Assembly: GCA_965206285.1 (NCBI GenBank)
Contig: OZ242205.1
Location: 4,255,887-4,319,886 of the forward strand
DNA length: 64,000 nucleotides
Direction: 5' to 3'
From: Vicinamibacterales bacterium
GTDB lineage: Bacteria > Acidobacteriota > Vicinamibacteria > Vicinamibacterales > UBA8438
A program made the translations under genes and the position numbers. Numbering within the stretch: the stretch's first letter is position 1; each line of letters begins with the position of its first letter. This document shows, piece by piece, positions 22,870-33,609 of this stretch. Below the pieces are notes generated by a model that made no database searches, was not told where the DNA came from, and was given only the letters and a program-made list of their open reading frames with translations.

Positions 22870-24768
22870 ATGGAGCGTCGAGTCCTTCTCGCGGTCACGT
22901 TGTCATTCCTGGTGCTGGTGCTGTACCAGCGGTGGATCGGCCCGCCCCCTCCGGTCGAGACCGTGTTCGATACGCCAGCCGGCGGGGTCGCCTCTGTCCA
23001 GGGAGATTCGGACGCGGCGGCGGGTCGGCTGGCGGCGGTTGGCGTACCCGGTTCCGTACCGCCGACGGCCGTGGCTGCCGACGCCCGCCCGGGGGGCGCT
23101 GCCGCGGCCGGGGCTCCGGAGATTGTCCCGGTCACGACCGACCGGCCCCGAACCATCGTCGTCGAGAGCGACTTCGTTCTGGCGGAGTTCGACAATCGCG
23201 GCGCTGAGCTCGTCAGTTGGAAGCTCAAGCAGTACGCCGACGAGAACGGGGACCCGGTCGAGCTGGCGCTTCCCGCCGTGGCGGCCGGGCGCAGGAGGCC
23301 GTTCTCGCTGAGCGTACCGGGTGATCCGGATCTGACGGCGCGTCTCGATACCGCGCTGTTCCGGCCATCGGTCGACTACCTGCGCGTGACCAACGATCCG
23401 GCCGCGTTGACTTTCGAGTACGAGGACAGCTCCGGCCTGCGGGCCCGGAAGACGTTTCGCTTTCAGCCATCGCCAGACCGGCCCTACGTGGTGGAGTTCG
23501 GGGCGGCAGTGACCACCGCGGGGGGTGTCCAGCCGATGACCACGGCCTGGGGTCCGGGTCTCGGCGGCGTGCGCGCCACAACTTCCCGGTTGGTGTTTCA
23601 GCAGCTGCCGGCCGCCGTGCTCTACGGCCGGCCGCTGGAGGACGGGTTGGCGGAGGAAGTCGACGTGTATCGCGCCGCCCCCTCGGATGTTCCCGAGCGT
23701 CCCAGCTACGAGGGGCAGTTCGACTTCGCTGGCGTCGACAACCACTATTTTCTCGCCGTGGCGTTGCCCGGCCCCCAACCGAGCCGCGTCGATTACCGTC
23801 CTCTTTCCGTGGCCGAGGTGGAGCACGATCTCGTCGAGTTCGAGATCACCCTTGAGACCGGGCGGAGCGAGCTCCCGTTCTTCATCGGCCCGAAGGACTT
23901 CGACCTGCTCGCGGCGGTGCATCCTGACCTCGTGCGGGCCATCGATTTCGGCTTTTTGTCGGCTATCGTCGTCCCCCTCCATCGGACCCTGAAGTGGATC
24001 CATGGCTTTGTCGGCAACTACGGGTGGTCGATCATCCTGCTCACGGTGCTGATCAACATCGTGATCTTTCCGCTACGCCACAAGAGCGTCGTGTCCATGC
24101 GGAAGATGCAGGAGCTGCAGCCGGAAATGAAGGCGATCCAGGCGCGGTACGCCAATCTGAAGGCGACCGATCCGGCCAAGCAGAAGATGAACCAGGAGGT
24201 GATGGAGCTGTATCGCCGCCACGGCGCGAACCCCGCGAGCGGGTGCCTGCCGATGTTGATGACGATGCCGATCCTGATTGCCTTCTACCGATTGCTGTCG
24301 ATGGCGGTCGAGCTGCGAGGCGCGCCGTTCATGGGGTGGATCGACGACCTGTCGGTGCAGGATCCGTTCTACGTCACGCCGCTGATCATGGGAGCGTCGA
24401 TGGTCTACCAGCAGCGGCTGCAGCCGGCCGGCGCTGCGAGCCCGGAACAACAGAAGATGATGATGTTCATGCCCGTCATCTTCACGGTGATGTTCCTGTG
24501 GGCGCCGAGCGGGCTGGTCATCTACTGGCTGACGAGCAATCTGCTCGGCATCGGCCAAACCGTCCTCACGAACCGGATCGCGGGTCCGCCGAGGGTCAGG
24601 CAGGTGCGGCCGCCGGCCGAGCGGCAGGTCAAGAAGATTGGCGGAGAGGTCGCCGGTCCGGAGGCCCCGCAGGAAGGCGTCAAGGACCCTCAGGCGGGAG
24701 AGCGATCCGGCGTGAAGGCGGCACGCCAAGGCAAGGGATCGCGACGTTCGCGCGGGAAGGGTCGGTAG
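22870..24768 (+). CDS. yidC: membrane protein insertase
   Basis: FIGPKD, GNYGWSIILLT, GCLPML, LVIYWLTSN. Confidence 0.96.
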   Translation: MERRVLLAVTLSFLVLVLYQRWIGPPPPVETVFDTPAGGVASVQGDSDAAAGRLAAVGVPGSVPPTAVAADARPGGAAAAGAPEIVPVTTDRPRTIVVESDFVLAEFDNRGAELVSWKLKQYADENGDPVELALPAVAAGRRRPFSLSVPGDPDLTARLDTALFRPSVDYLRVTNDPAALTFEYEDSSGLRARKTFRFQPSPDRPYVVEFGAAVTTAGGVQPMTTAWGPGLGGVRATTSRLVFQQLPAAVLYGRPLEDGLAEEVDVYRAAPSDVPERPSYEGQFDFAGVDNHYFLAVALPGPQPSRVDYRPLSVAEVEHDLVEFEITLETGRSELPFFIGPKDFDLLAAVHPDLVRAIDFGFLSAIVVPLHRTLKWIHGFVGNYGWSIILLTVLINIVIFPLRHKSVVSMRKMQELQPEMKAIQARYANLKATDPAKQKMNQEVMELYRRHGANPASGCLPMLMTMPILIAFYRLLSMAVELRGAPFMGWIDDLSVQDPFYVTPLIMGASMVYQQRLQPAGAASPEQQKMMMFMPVIFTVMFLWAPSGLVIYWLTSNLLGIGQTVLTNRIAGPPRVRQVRPPAERQVKKIGGEVAGPEAPQEGVKDPQAGERSGVKAARQGKGSRRSRGKGR

Positions 24769-24848
24769 GGGAGCCAGGGGGAGAGCCCCCGCCGCACCGG
24801 CCTGCGGGTGCGACGCGGGGGTTCGACCATGAGCGCGGGGAGACAGGG

Positions 24849-25316
24849 GTGGCAGCGGATCTCGAAACCCGGATGGCGGCTTTCGTGGAAGCGGTGACGA
24901 ATGCACTGGATCTGTCGCTCGAGGTGGAATGCACCCCGATCGAGGACGGGACCCGCATCACCGTGAACGGAGACAACGGCGACGTGCTCCTGCGTCGCAA
25001 GGGCGAGGGTCTCGACGCGCTGCAGCATATCGTCAACGCGGCGTTCCGTGGCGAGCACGGAAAAGGGCGTATCGTCGTCGATTGTCTGGACTATCGAAAG
25101 GGCAAGGACGAAGAGCTTCGGCAGACGGCGCTCCTGCTCGCCGAACGGGCCCGGCGGTCTGGAGAGACCCAGGAGATTGGACCGCTGAACCCGTACGCTC
25201 GCCGAATCGTACACCTGGCGATTGCCGACGACCCGGGCGTATCCTCCGAGAGCATCGGCGACGCCTTCCTCAAGACGGTCCTGATCTCGGCCGGAACTCC
25301 TGTACGGCAGCCGTGA
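24849..25316 (+). CDS. jag: Jag/KhpB-like RNA-binding protein (KH + R3H)
   Basis: RKGEGLDALQHIVN, LNPYARRIVHLAI, SESIG; lies between yidC and mnmE. Confidence 0.85.
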   Translation: MAADLETRMAAFVEAVTNALDLSLEVECTPIEDGTRITVNGDNGDVLLRRKGEGLDALQHIVNAAFRGEHGKGRIVVDCLDYRKGKDEELRQTALLLAERARRSGETQEIGPLNPYARRIVHLAIADDPGVSSESIGDAFLKTVLISAGTPVRQP

Positions 25317-25502
25317 CGGTTCGCCCGCCGGGCATGTCGACAGCGAGCGCGCCAATCCCGCCCGCAGGTTTCCCCGGCCCGCCGTAGCGGGCGGACAAGC
25401 GCCGCCCGTCTCGCTGTCCCAACCCGGGAATCCGCTTCACCGCGGGCGCCGGGCGTGCCGCCCGGAAGTCGTGCCGCCGCCCCTTGCAGAATGCGGTGAC
25501 CG

Positions 25503-26876
25503 ATGTTCGCATCCGACGACACGATTGTCGCCATCGCCACTCCCCCCGGCCGGGGGGGGGTGGGTGTCGTGCGAATCAGCGGAACAGAGGCCTCGGTGAT
25601 TGCCGGCGCCCTGCTCGACCGCACCAGCCCCCTGCAACCGCGGCATGCCACCGTGGCGCGCCTCGTCGTGCGCCTCGGGAACGAGGTGACCTCGATCGAT
25701 CGGGTGGTGGCGACGTCGTTCCCCGAGCCGGGATCGTACACGGGCGAGGACGTCGTCGAGATCAGCGCCCACGGCAGTCCGGTGTTGTTGGAACAGATCG
25801 TCGCGCTCGCCTGCAGGTCCGGGGCTCGGCTGGCGGAACCGGGAGAGTTTACGCTACGGGCGTTCCTGCACGGTCGCGTGGATCTCGTTCAGGCGGAGGC
25901 GGTGGCGGATCTCATCGATGCGGTCACGCCGCTTCAGGCCCGGTTGGCGTTCGACCAGCTCGAAGGCACGATGACCGAGCGCATCGCCGAGGTCGACCGG
26001 CAGTTGTTCGAGCTGACGGCCCGGCTCGAAGCCTCGCTCGATTTCCCGGAGGAGGGCTACCACTTCATCGAGACGTCAGCGGTAGCGGGGGCGATAGGGA
26101 CAGTACGTGAACAGGTGGAGGTCCTGCTGTCCGGGGCCGCTGCCGGGCGGCTGATTCGGGAAGGATGCGAGGTGGTCGTCCTCGGCCGACCGAATGTAGG
26201 TAAGTCTAGTATTTTCAATCAATTACTGGGTTCTTCGCGCGCCATCGTCACGCCCGTTCCCGGCACCACCCGCGATCTCGTCTCGGAGACGATGGATCTG
26301 GACGGACTCGCCGTCAACCTGATCGACTCTGCCGGCATCCGCGTGACCGGCGATCCGGTCGAAGCGGAGGGAGTGTCGCGAGCCCGGCAGGCGTTCGGGG
26401 TTGCGACCGCGTGTCTCGTTGTTGTCGATCGATCTCGGCCGCTCGCCGCGGACGATCGGCACGTGTTGGAGGAAACATCGGGGTCGCCGCGGGTGGTGGT
26501 CGTGAACAAGGTCGACCGACCGGGGATCTGGTCGCCCGCCTCGTTGTCGCTCGACAACGACCCGAAGTGGGTCGAAGTCTCGGCCCTTACCGGACAGGGA
26601 ATCGGCCGGCTGCGCGAAGATCTGCGGAAGGTGCTGGTTGGCGACACGGGGTCGAGGGAAACTCCGATGGTGGCCAACATTCGGCACATCAGGCTGCTCG
26701 AAGAGGCCGCGTTGTCTCTCGGGGCGGCGGCCGAGGCGGCCGAGCAGCGCGCGGCGGAGGAGTTCGTGCTCGCAGATCTGGCGCGAGCCCGGTCGGCGTT
26801 CGAGGAATTGACCGGAAAACGGACACCCGATGACGTGCTCAACCACATCTTCGAACGGTTCTGCATCGGGAAGTAA
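25503..26876 (+). CDS. mnmE: tRNA modification GTPase
   Basis: DTIVAIATPPG, SYTGEDVVE, GRPNVGKSS, GTTRD, C-terminal FCIGK. Confidence 0.97.
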   Translation: MFASDDTIVAIATPPGRGGVGVVRISGTEASVIAGALLDRTSPLQPRHATVARLVVRLGNEVTSIDRVVATSFPEPGSYTGEDVVEISAHGSPVLLEQIVALACRSGARLAEPGEFTLRAFLHGRVDLVQAEAVADLIDAVTPLQARLAFDQLEGTMTERIAEVDRQLFELTARLEASLDFPEEGYHFIETSAVAGAIGTVREQVEVLLSGAAAGRLIREGCEVVVLGRPNVGKSSIFNQLLGSSRAIVTPVPGTTRDLVSETMDLDGLAVNLIDSAGIRVTGDPVEAEGVSRARQAFGVATACLVVVDRSRPLAADDRHVLEETSGSPRVVVVNKVDRPGIWSPASLSLDNDPKWVEVSALTGQGIGRLREDLRKVLVGDTGSRETPMVANIRHIRLLEEAALSLGAAAEAAEQRAAEEFVLADLARARSAFEELTGKRTPDDVLNHIFERFCIGK

Positions 26877-27087
26877 CCGGAATCGCCGGCCGGACCGGCG
26901 GCGGCGAGTCGATGGGAGCAACGTCACCGGGTACTTGCCAACCGGGTACCGGGTCGGATAACGTCAACGAGGGACGGTGTATAGTTAAACCGTTTGGAAT
27001 CAGGTGTTTGCATGTTGATTGATCGAGTTCGTGCTCTTCCGGGCCTCGGCCGCACGGACGGGGAGAGGGTGTCAGCGGAAACCTGTC

Positions 27088-29013
27088 ATGCCGCCGGATC
27101 ATGACGTCATCGTCGTCGGCGCCGGCCATGCCGGCATCGAGGCGGCCCATGCGGCGGCCCGCCTGGGGTGCAACGTGGGGCTCTGCACGCTCTCGAGAGA
27201 CACCGTGGGCCAGATGCCGTGCAACCCGTCGGTCGGCGGTACCGCGAAGGGGCACCTGGTTCGTGAGATCGACGCCCTGGGCGGATTGATGGGTCAGGCG
27301 ATCGATGCCAGCGCGATTCAGTTCAAGCTGCTGAACAGGAGCCGCGGCCCGGCCGTGCAGTCCCCGCGGGCGCAAGCGGACAAGCGGCAGTACGGCGTCT
27401 GGATGCGGACTCGACTGGACCGCGAGCCGAGTGTCGACTGGATCATCGGACGAGTCGGTTCGGTGGTGGTCGAGGGCGGTCGAGCAGTCGGCATCGAGCT
27501 CGAGGACGGTACGCGTATTGGTTGCCGGACCGTGGTGGTGACCACCGGGACCTTCCTGAACGGACTTGTCCATGTTGGGCCGGAACGACATGCGGCCGGG
27601 CGAGCCGGCGAGCCGGCGTCGCGGGTTCTCGGCGAATCGCTGAAGCGGTTGGGTCTGGAGTGGGGGCGGCTGAAGACCGGCACTCCACCCCGGCTCGATC
27701 GCGCCAGCATCGACTTCGGCCGGTTCGAGGAGGAGCCGGGGGATCGCCCCCCGGTGCCGTTCTCGTTCATGACCGGCGCCCTCGATCGCAGTCAGATCTG
27801 CTGCCACATCGTTCATACGACCGCCGCGGCGCACGAGCTCATCCGCCGGAACCGGGATCGGTCACCGCTCTACAACGGGCGAATCACCGGAATCGGTCCC
27901 CGGTACTGTCCTTCTCTGGAGGACAAGGTGATGCGGTTTCCCGACCGCGAGCGTCATCAGATCTTTCTGGAGCCCGAGGGGCTCGATGTGCCGGAGATCT
28001 ACGTCAGCGGATGTTCGATGTGCCTGCCGGAGGACGTGCAGAGGGAAGTCATCGCCGCGTTGCCGGGGTTGGAAGATGCCGTGATGCTGCGTCCCGGCTA
28101 TGCGGTCGAATACGATTTCATCCAACCGACGGAACTGGCGTTGACTCTGGAGAGCCGAACAACCCCCGGACTGTTTCTGGCGGGCCAAATCAACGGTACC
28201 TCGGGATACGAGGAGGCGGCCGGACAGGGGCTGGTAGCGGGGGTGAACGCGGCGCGGCGTGCCCGTGGAGACGGAGACTGGGTGCTGAGGCGTAGCGAGT
28301 CCTACATCGGGGTGATGGTCGATGATCTGACGACCCGCGGATGTCTCGAACCGTACCGCATGTTCACGTCCCGTGCGGAGCATCGCCTGCTTCTGCGAAT
28401 CGATAATGCGGACTTGCGTCTGACACCGCTTGGTCGTGAGATCGGGTTGGTCGGCGACGAGCGGTGGGACCGCTTCTGTGGCCGGCGCGCGCGGTTCGAG
28501 CGGAACCTGGCCCGCGTACGGGCGGCGCGGGTGCGAGAGGGTACGCGCACCATCGCCGCGACCCAGGTGCTGCGGCGACCGGGCGTCACGCTCGGAACGC
28601 TGGCCGATCAGGGAGTAGTCGATCTCGAAATCGGTGTCGATGCCGCCGGCGCCGAGCGATCGAGTGTGGAGACGGCGGTGAAGTACGAAGGCTATCTGCG
28701 GAGGCAGGAAGCCACGATTGCGAGGGCGGCGCGAGACGAAGGGCGGCGTATCCCTTCCGACTTTCCGTATGGCGACGTGCCCGGCTTGTCGAACGAAGTG
28801 GCGTCGAGACTGGTTTCGGTGCAGCCGGCCACGCTTGGACAGGCTGGGCGCGTTCCCGGCGTGACGCCGGCGGCTGTCGCAGTGCTCGGGGCTTACGTCA
28901 AGCGCTGGGGCGGTCGAGGCCCGGCTTTCTCAAGACCACCAGACGGCTGTCCGCCGAGTCGAGCAGGGGATACGTCGCCTCCATCCGCAGGGGTGGCGGC
29001 ACCTCGGCGCTGA
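27088..29013 (+). CDS. mnmG: tRNA uridine-5-carboxymethylaminomethyl modification enzyme
   Basis: [54 protein letters not shown]. Confidence 0.97.
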   Translation: MPPDHDVIVVGAGHAGIEAAHAAARLGCNVGLCTLSRDTVGQMPCNPSVGGTAKGHLVREIDALGGLMGQAIDASAIQFKLLNRSRGPAVQSPRAQADKRQYGVWMRTRLDREPSVDWIIGRVGSVVVEGGRAVGIELEDGTRIGCRTVVVTTGTFLNGLVHVGPERHAAGRAGEPASRVLGESLKRLGLEWGRLKTGTPPRLDRASIDFGRFEEEPGDRPPVPFSFMTGALDRSQICCHIVHTTAAAHELIRRNRDRSPLYNGRITGIGPRYCPSLEDKVMRFPDRERHQIFLEPEGLDVPEIYVSGCSMCLPEDVQREVIAALPGLEDAVMLRPGYAVEYDFIQPTELALTLESRTTPGLFLAGQINGTSGYEEAAGQGLVAGVNAARRARGDGDWVLRRSESYIGVMVDDLTTRGCLEPYRMFTSRAEHRLLLRIDNADLRLTPLGREIGLVGDERWDRFCGRRARFERNLARVRAARVREGTRTIAATQVLRRPGVTLGTLADQGVVDLEIGVDAAGAERSSVETAVKYEGYLRRQEATIARAARDEGRRIPSDFPYGDVPGLSNEVASRLVSVQPATLGQAGRVPGVTPAAVAVLGAYVKRWGGRGPAFSRPPDGCPPSRAGDTSPPSAGVAAPRR

Positions 29014-29575
29014 CGTCTTCGTGGTCGGATCTTCGGAAGAGGAAGACGGCGCCGCCGGCCCGGACCAGCGGCTGAATCTGCTGCAACATCCGGCGCCCGA
29101 TACGAACGGCCCGCACGGTCACGATGTCGGATCTTTCGAGCTGATCTCCCCGGGTGACCAGTTCCTGGTACCTGCAGGCCTCCACGACTGTCTCCTTCAA
29201 GCGAAGTTGTCGCACGACCTCCCGAAGGAACGCGGCTTTTCTCGTTCTCGATTCCACCATCCGAAGTGTTACCGTGGGTGCCGCCAGCTTCAGGGGTACC
29301 GCCGGAGATCCCCCACCCGATCCGATGTCGGTGATGGAAGCTCCGTTCTTGGGCAGTCGTTGCGCGGCGATCAGGGGCTCGATGACGAGTCTGTCGATAC
29401 CGCGTTCGTCATCGGTCAGTGCGGTCAGATTGATGCGACGGTTCCACCGCATCAGCAGAGCAACGTAGGCAGCCAGGGCCGGCAGGAGAGCGATGTCGAC
29501 GTCTACGCGAGCTCGGGCGGCTTGCCGAGCGATACGCCCGGCGAGTTGTCGGTCCTCGATGTCGGGAATCGTCAT
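28898..29575 (-). CDS. rsmG: 16S rRNA (guanine527-N7)-methyltransferase
   Basis: [39 protein letters not shown]; convergent with and overlapping mnmG. Confidence 0.9.
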   Translation of the reverse strand: MTIPDIEDRQLAGRIARQAARARVDVDIALLPALAAYVALLMRWNRRINLTALTDDERGIDRLVIEPLIAAQRLPKNGASITDIGSGGGSPAVPLKLAAPTVTLRMVESRTRKAAFLREVVRQLRLKETVVEACRYQELVTRGDQLERSDIVTVRAVRIGRRMLQQIQPLVRAGGAVFLFRRSDHEDVSAEVPPPLRMEATYPLLDSADSRLVVLRKPGLDRPSA

Positions 29576-29670
29576 TGCTTCGGCAGCGCCGGTAGCGTCA
29601 GGGTCACCATGCAGGAAACCGGTGGGCGTTGTCTCGGGGAGGTCGGGACTGCTTGATCGGCATCCGCGAG

Positions 29671-29686
29671 TGTTCCACGTGGAACA
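29671..29686. promoter_or_regulatory. parS centromere site
   Basis: Perfect palindrome TGTTCCACGTGGAACA. Confidence 0.93.
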
Positions 29687-29851
29687 TCGATTGCGCTGTG
29701 CGATATGGTAGCCGTCGCGATTTCAGCACGCCAGCCGGTGGGTGGCGTGTTTTGCGCGGCGTTCCCGCCGTATGAATTATGGACTCATTCCCCGGATATC
29801 TGCGGGAGATGGCAGGTTTCTGTACCCCGGAGCGGTTGAAAGGAAGAAGAC

Positions 29852-30604
29852 TTGACCGGTGAAGATCGTCTGATTGTCGCTCTGGATGTTCCGAGTGTCG
29901 AGCGCGCGCGCGCTATTGTCGACGAATTGGCGAACGTCCGGGCCTACAAGATAGGTTGGCGGCTCCTCATGGCCGGGCTGCGGGCTCGCGGCCTCGCGGA
30001 GCTGTGGGAGAAGATTGCGGGCGAAGGTAAGCGGATCTTCGTCGATCTGAAGGTGCCGGACATCGGCAACACGGTGGCGGATGTGGTTCGCGACTTGCGC
30101 GACGATCCGAGCATCCTTTTCTTGACCCTGCACCAGAACATGCCATTGCGGGACATCGCGATGGCGCGTGACGCCAAAGCCGGGAGCCGATGGCCGGCCC
30201 TCCTCGCCGTACCGTACGTGTCCAGCCTGGATGCCGACGATTTTTCGCGGATTGCACCTGCGGAGGCAGCGCGAGGCGTCACGTTGGACGAGTGGATTGT
30301 CGCGAGAACCCGAGGCGCGCTCGATCATGGCTGTGACGGCGTGATCGCATCCGGCGAGGCCATTCGGCTCTGCCGGGAGACATGGCCCAGGGAGACGGGT
30401 GTAGTGATCGTCAGCCCGGGGATTCGGTTGGCCGGGGCAACCCGGGATGACCACAGGCGCTCGACCACGCCGGCGCAGGCCATTCGCTGGGGATCGGACT
30501 ACCTCGTCGTGGGACGGCCGGTCTTGAATGCGCCCGATCGGGGAAAAGCGGCACAAGCGATTATCGATGAAATCGATGGCGCGGTCGCCGAGTCGTCGGA
30601 GTGA
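29852..30604 (+). CDS. pyrF: orotidine-5'-phosphate decarboxylase
   Basis: RLIVALD, DLKVPDIGNT (DxKxxD), VSPGIR, DYLVVGRP. Confidence 0.9.
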   Translation: MTGEDRLIVALDVPSVERARAIVDELANVRAYKIGWRLLMAGLRARGLAELWEKIAGEGKRIFVDLKVPDIGNTVADVVRDLRDDPSILFLTLHQNMPLRDIAMARDAKAGSRWPALLAVPYVSSLDADDFSRIAPAEAARGVTLDEWIVARTRGALDHGCDGVIASGEAIRLCRETWPRETGVVIVSPGIRLAGATRDDHRRSTTPAQAIRWGSDYLVVGRPVLNAPDRGKAAQAIIDEIDGAVAESSE

Positions 30605-31159
30605 ATGCCGTTTGTCCGACCGGCGCCGTTCGCCTTTGTGGAGCTGTCCAGGGGCGCGCGTCCTGGCGGTTCCTTGGTACAGCGTCACTGCCCGCCTGGA
30701 AGCGGTGGCCTGCTTTGGGCGTCCTGAGCGGAGACCCCGAGTTCTGCCACGGAGACGTCCCATGGGTGTCAAGCGACATCCTGGACTTCGACGCCTGGCC
30801 TGGAGCAAGAACCCACCCCTGGATAGCCTCGCTTTCGGGACGGCGACGTATTGGACAACGCATGACTTCGTGCTTTCCCCGGCGGTTGTGGAGAGGTGCA
30901 GCGCCGTCGGACAAGGGCGAGGTACGGCGGGTGGACGGAGCCGTAGCGATGCTCGTTCCGACGAGGAGATTCTGGGCGCGCGGTCGTCTTTTTGTTCGAG
31001 ACCTGGCGCACCGGTTCGACGGCGGCCGTGGGGCGTCACCTTCGGAACAGCAGACCGCAAGGCCGCAGCGGCTCCTCACCGCCTCCCGCGCAGCAACGCT
31101 CGTGTCCGGTGAGCAGGGCGGTGGCCGTGTGCCCGGCAGGTCATCGGTTGCTGTGAAAC

Positions 31160-31353
31160 GCTACAAGGTTTCCGGCGAGGTGCCCGGCATGCGCGTCTCG
31201 ATCGTCAATGGTATCCGGATAGCCGTCGTTCTATTGTACCGAGTTGACCTTCAAGCCCGACGCCGAGATATTCGAGACGGTGGACTACAGCTTCGACACG
31301 GTGGCCCCACCGTCCCGTGGCGGCGGGTGGTGCCGGTTGACTTCGAGGTCGCT
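31160..31353. repeat. mosaic of four fragments copied from the resident gyrB
   Basis: 31160-31210 ~ rc of 17824-17874 (43/51); 31210-31242 ~ 17402-17434 (28/33); 31245-31299 = rc of 17643-17697 (55/55); 31319-31353 ~ 17710-17743. Confidence 0.9.
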
Positions 31354-31391
31354 CGGACCCGGTCGTGCACCGGCGCGGCGCGGAGGAACAA

Positions 31392-31651
31392 CTAAGGGCC
31401 TCGAGCGCCGCGTCGTCCAACTCCTGCGGCAACGGCAGCCCAGCCCTTGTTGAGCCGTCCTCTGCAGACAGCGATACCGTTGCCCATGCCAATGGCGCAG
31501 GCCTGGGCTATCGCCCGGTGGGGACAAAATCCCAGCTCGTGCTTGAGCCGAAGAACCTCGCGAATCTTCCTCGTCAGCAGCCTCCGCGGCGGCATCGCCT
31601 CGCCCTCCCTTCGGAAGGGTGAAGCCCTGCCGGGATCGTCCGGAATGCGCA
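31392..31651 (-). mobile_element. IS21-family remnant: left end plus degraded istA 5' fragment
   Basis: End TGCGCATTCCGGACGATCC at 31651; MPPRRLLTRKIREVLRLKHELG...HRAIAQACAIG [frameshift] ...LPLPQELDDAALEAL* from ATG 31595. Confidence 0.8.
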
Positions 31652-32227
31652 CCTGTCGAGGATGCGCCGTCCGTTGACACCGAAGATGTCCGACAAGATG
31701 CCGCCGATCCGCAGACCGTCGTGGTCGAGCGTTTGTGGACCCGGTTGCGATTCCGGCTGCGCTCGGCGACGAGCTTACGGCGGTAGCGGGTCAACTGCCG
31801 CTATTGGCGGAAGCGCCGCGGCAGAACGTAGCTCGGCTGGGCGAGGCCGAACTGGCAGATGCGAGGCAGCCACAGGTTGTCGTTGACGTCGGTCTTCTTG
31901 CCGCGAATTTGCTTGACGTGCTGGGCATGGAACAGTGCGGCGTAGATGACGGCGTCCTCCAACGCCTCGAACGGAGCCTTTCCAGTAGACCCCGATGCCC
32001 TCCATCGCGGCGGCGGTGACGCCATGCGCCCGCAGCCAGTCGGTCATTGGCCGCATCCTGGCCGGCAGCGCGCGGACCTCCTTTCGGGACGGCGTGCGCC
32101 ATGCCGCTGCCGGCTTCGTACAGACGGACGGCGGCGGGGCTGCACATCGAGGCCGGCGGCCCCGGGGTTCGACTACCTGCAGGTTGTCGACGGACAGCGA
32201 TTCGCCGTGGACCGTGTGGAACGGCAT
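31652..32227 (-). pseudogene. IS110-family transposase N-terminal remnant, truncated by the IS21 end
   Basis: Across frameshifts: AGLDV, AMEGIGVYWK, HVKQIRGKKTDVND, QLTRYRRKLVAERSRNRNRVHK, LSDIFGVNGRRILD; AAGGAGG RBS before ATG 32227. Confidence 0.85.
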
Positions 32228-32769
32228 CGGATACCCTCCTTGCCGGCGGGATCGGGAGGGCGCGGTCGGTGCGGGAAAACACCCGCCGTCAAGGCGGAGT
32301 TTGATTTGCGGCTCGTTCACGGCGGGCGGCTGCGGCTCGATACCGGGCGCGACAGCGTCAGCTTTTGCAACGGGGAGGGAGTTGCCGGCGCCCCGATCGA
32401 AATTGCGAGGACCGGTCCCGCTTTCGCCCCCTGAGGATGCCACGGCGCCGCCTTCGCCGCTCAACGTCGCGGGGCAGGCAACAGGGAGTTGCCAACTACA
32501 CCCAAGCGCAGCCCGGTAGGTCTACCGGTTGGCGCGACGACCTCTCTGGACTGCGGGACTTTCGGGCGACCGTTGACCCGAGACGCTGCCGGAGCTGTTG
32601 ACCGAGATCGACTTGGCCCAGACCCTGGGTCCGGGTCGGCGCGTGGAGGGATTGGCGGCGAACATCCCTCCGTGCCGCCCGGTTTTCTCGTGGCGGGCGT
32701 CACGTTCGTGCCCCATCGTGACAGGGTGGGTGGTCTTCCCGCCAGCCCTCGCTCAGCAGCCGGTGGAGG

Positions 32770-33474
32770 AGTCAGCAAGGGACAGATACAACCTGGCCGG
32801 TTCCCGTTCATCGAGGGTCTCGACAGCAGTGACTTCTCGGCTACCCGCCGTCGGTCGGGGAAAGAGATGCAGAAGCCGAGCCTCTGCCACATCGTCCAGC
32901 ACGGGGAGAGCTGGTCATACCGGGGCCGCGGTCGGTCCTGGGCTCAAGGCCAGCGGGCACGTCCGGCGGGTGCTCGTCGCGGTCGGCGAGGGCCGCCGCC
33001 ACGGCCGCGACGACTGCGCATGGAAGGAGGTCGGGTATCGGTCGATGGACCGGCACGCGCCCGACGCAGTTCTTCGAGCGCGTCAGCCGGCGCTGGAGCA
33101 CGGTGGATGATCCTGACCGGCAACCAGAGCTTCGGGAGCAGGGGCGACGACTTCCGAGACCGGGCGATGGCCAGCGCCATCCGCGACCGGGTTGTGCATC
33201 GCGCGGTCGCGATCGAGCATCCGGGTGGTTCGTATCGGTTGAAGAACGGGCCTCATGTCCGGGGTGGTCAAGCCGACAACGACGCGAAACGTGAGCGAAG
33301 GGAGGCCCGTGGGTGCGACTTGTCGCCATGGCCGCGCGCCCACCACGACTTGGACAGGGGACAAGAGACGGCCCGCCTTCAGCAACCGCCATCGTTCCAT
33401 CGATTGGATCAACCAGGGTGGGGGAATCCTCGATGACCCACAACTGGGAGGAGTCTCTGAATGACCGTTGAACA
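32770..33474 (+). pseudogene. IS21-family istB remnant with right end
   Basis: GRFPFIEGLD...DFS and MILTGNQSFGSRGDDFRDRAMASAIRDRVVHRA...GGSYRLK; IS21-like end GGGGAATCCTCGATGACC...GAATGACCGTTGAACA at 33421-33474. Confidence 0.78.
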
Positions 33475-33593
33475 AACATCTGGGGTTCGTGCTCGAGCGG
33501 TTACCCCGTAACTCCTGACGGGATGCTGCAAGGCCCCCTCTGGTCGCCCTGACGCTCGCGGTCGTTCTGGTCGGACGGGTGGTGGTGCCTCGA

Positions 33594-33609
33594 TGTTTCA
33601 CGTGGAACA
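33594..33609. promoter_or_regulatory. parS centromere site
   Basis: TGTTTCACGTGGAACA, ~200 bp upstream of parA. Confidence 0.92.

Noticed and set aside
26998-27010. IHF-like site AATCAGGTGTTTG upstream of mnmG
   Set aside because: One mismatch and no accompanying sigma54 promoter or DnaA boxes; too weak alone
30954-30972. Short match to gyrA (ACGAGGAGATTC, 15137-15148)
   Set aside because: Only 12 nt exact; could be chance, so not counted in the mosaic
31160-31353. CRISPR array or DGR template explanation for the gyrB fragments
   Set aside because: No direct repeats between pieces, no cas or reverse transcriptase gene, and mismatches are not adenine-specific
30601-31395. 264-aa ORF after pyrF
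   Set aside because: Atypical composition; its 3' part runs through the scrambled gyrB fragments, so it is probably a chance open frame
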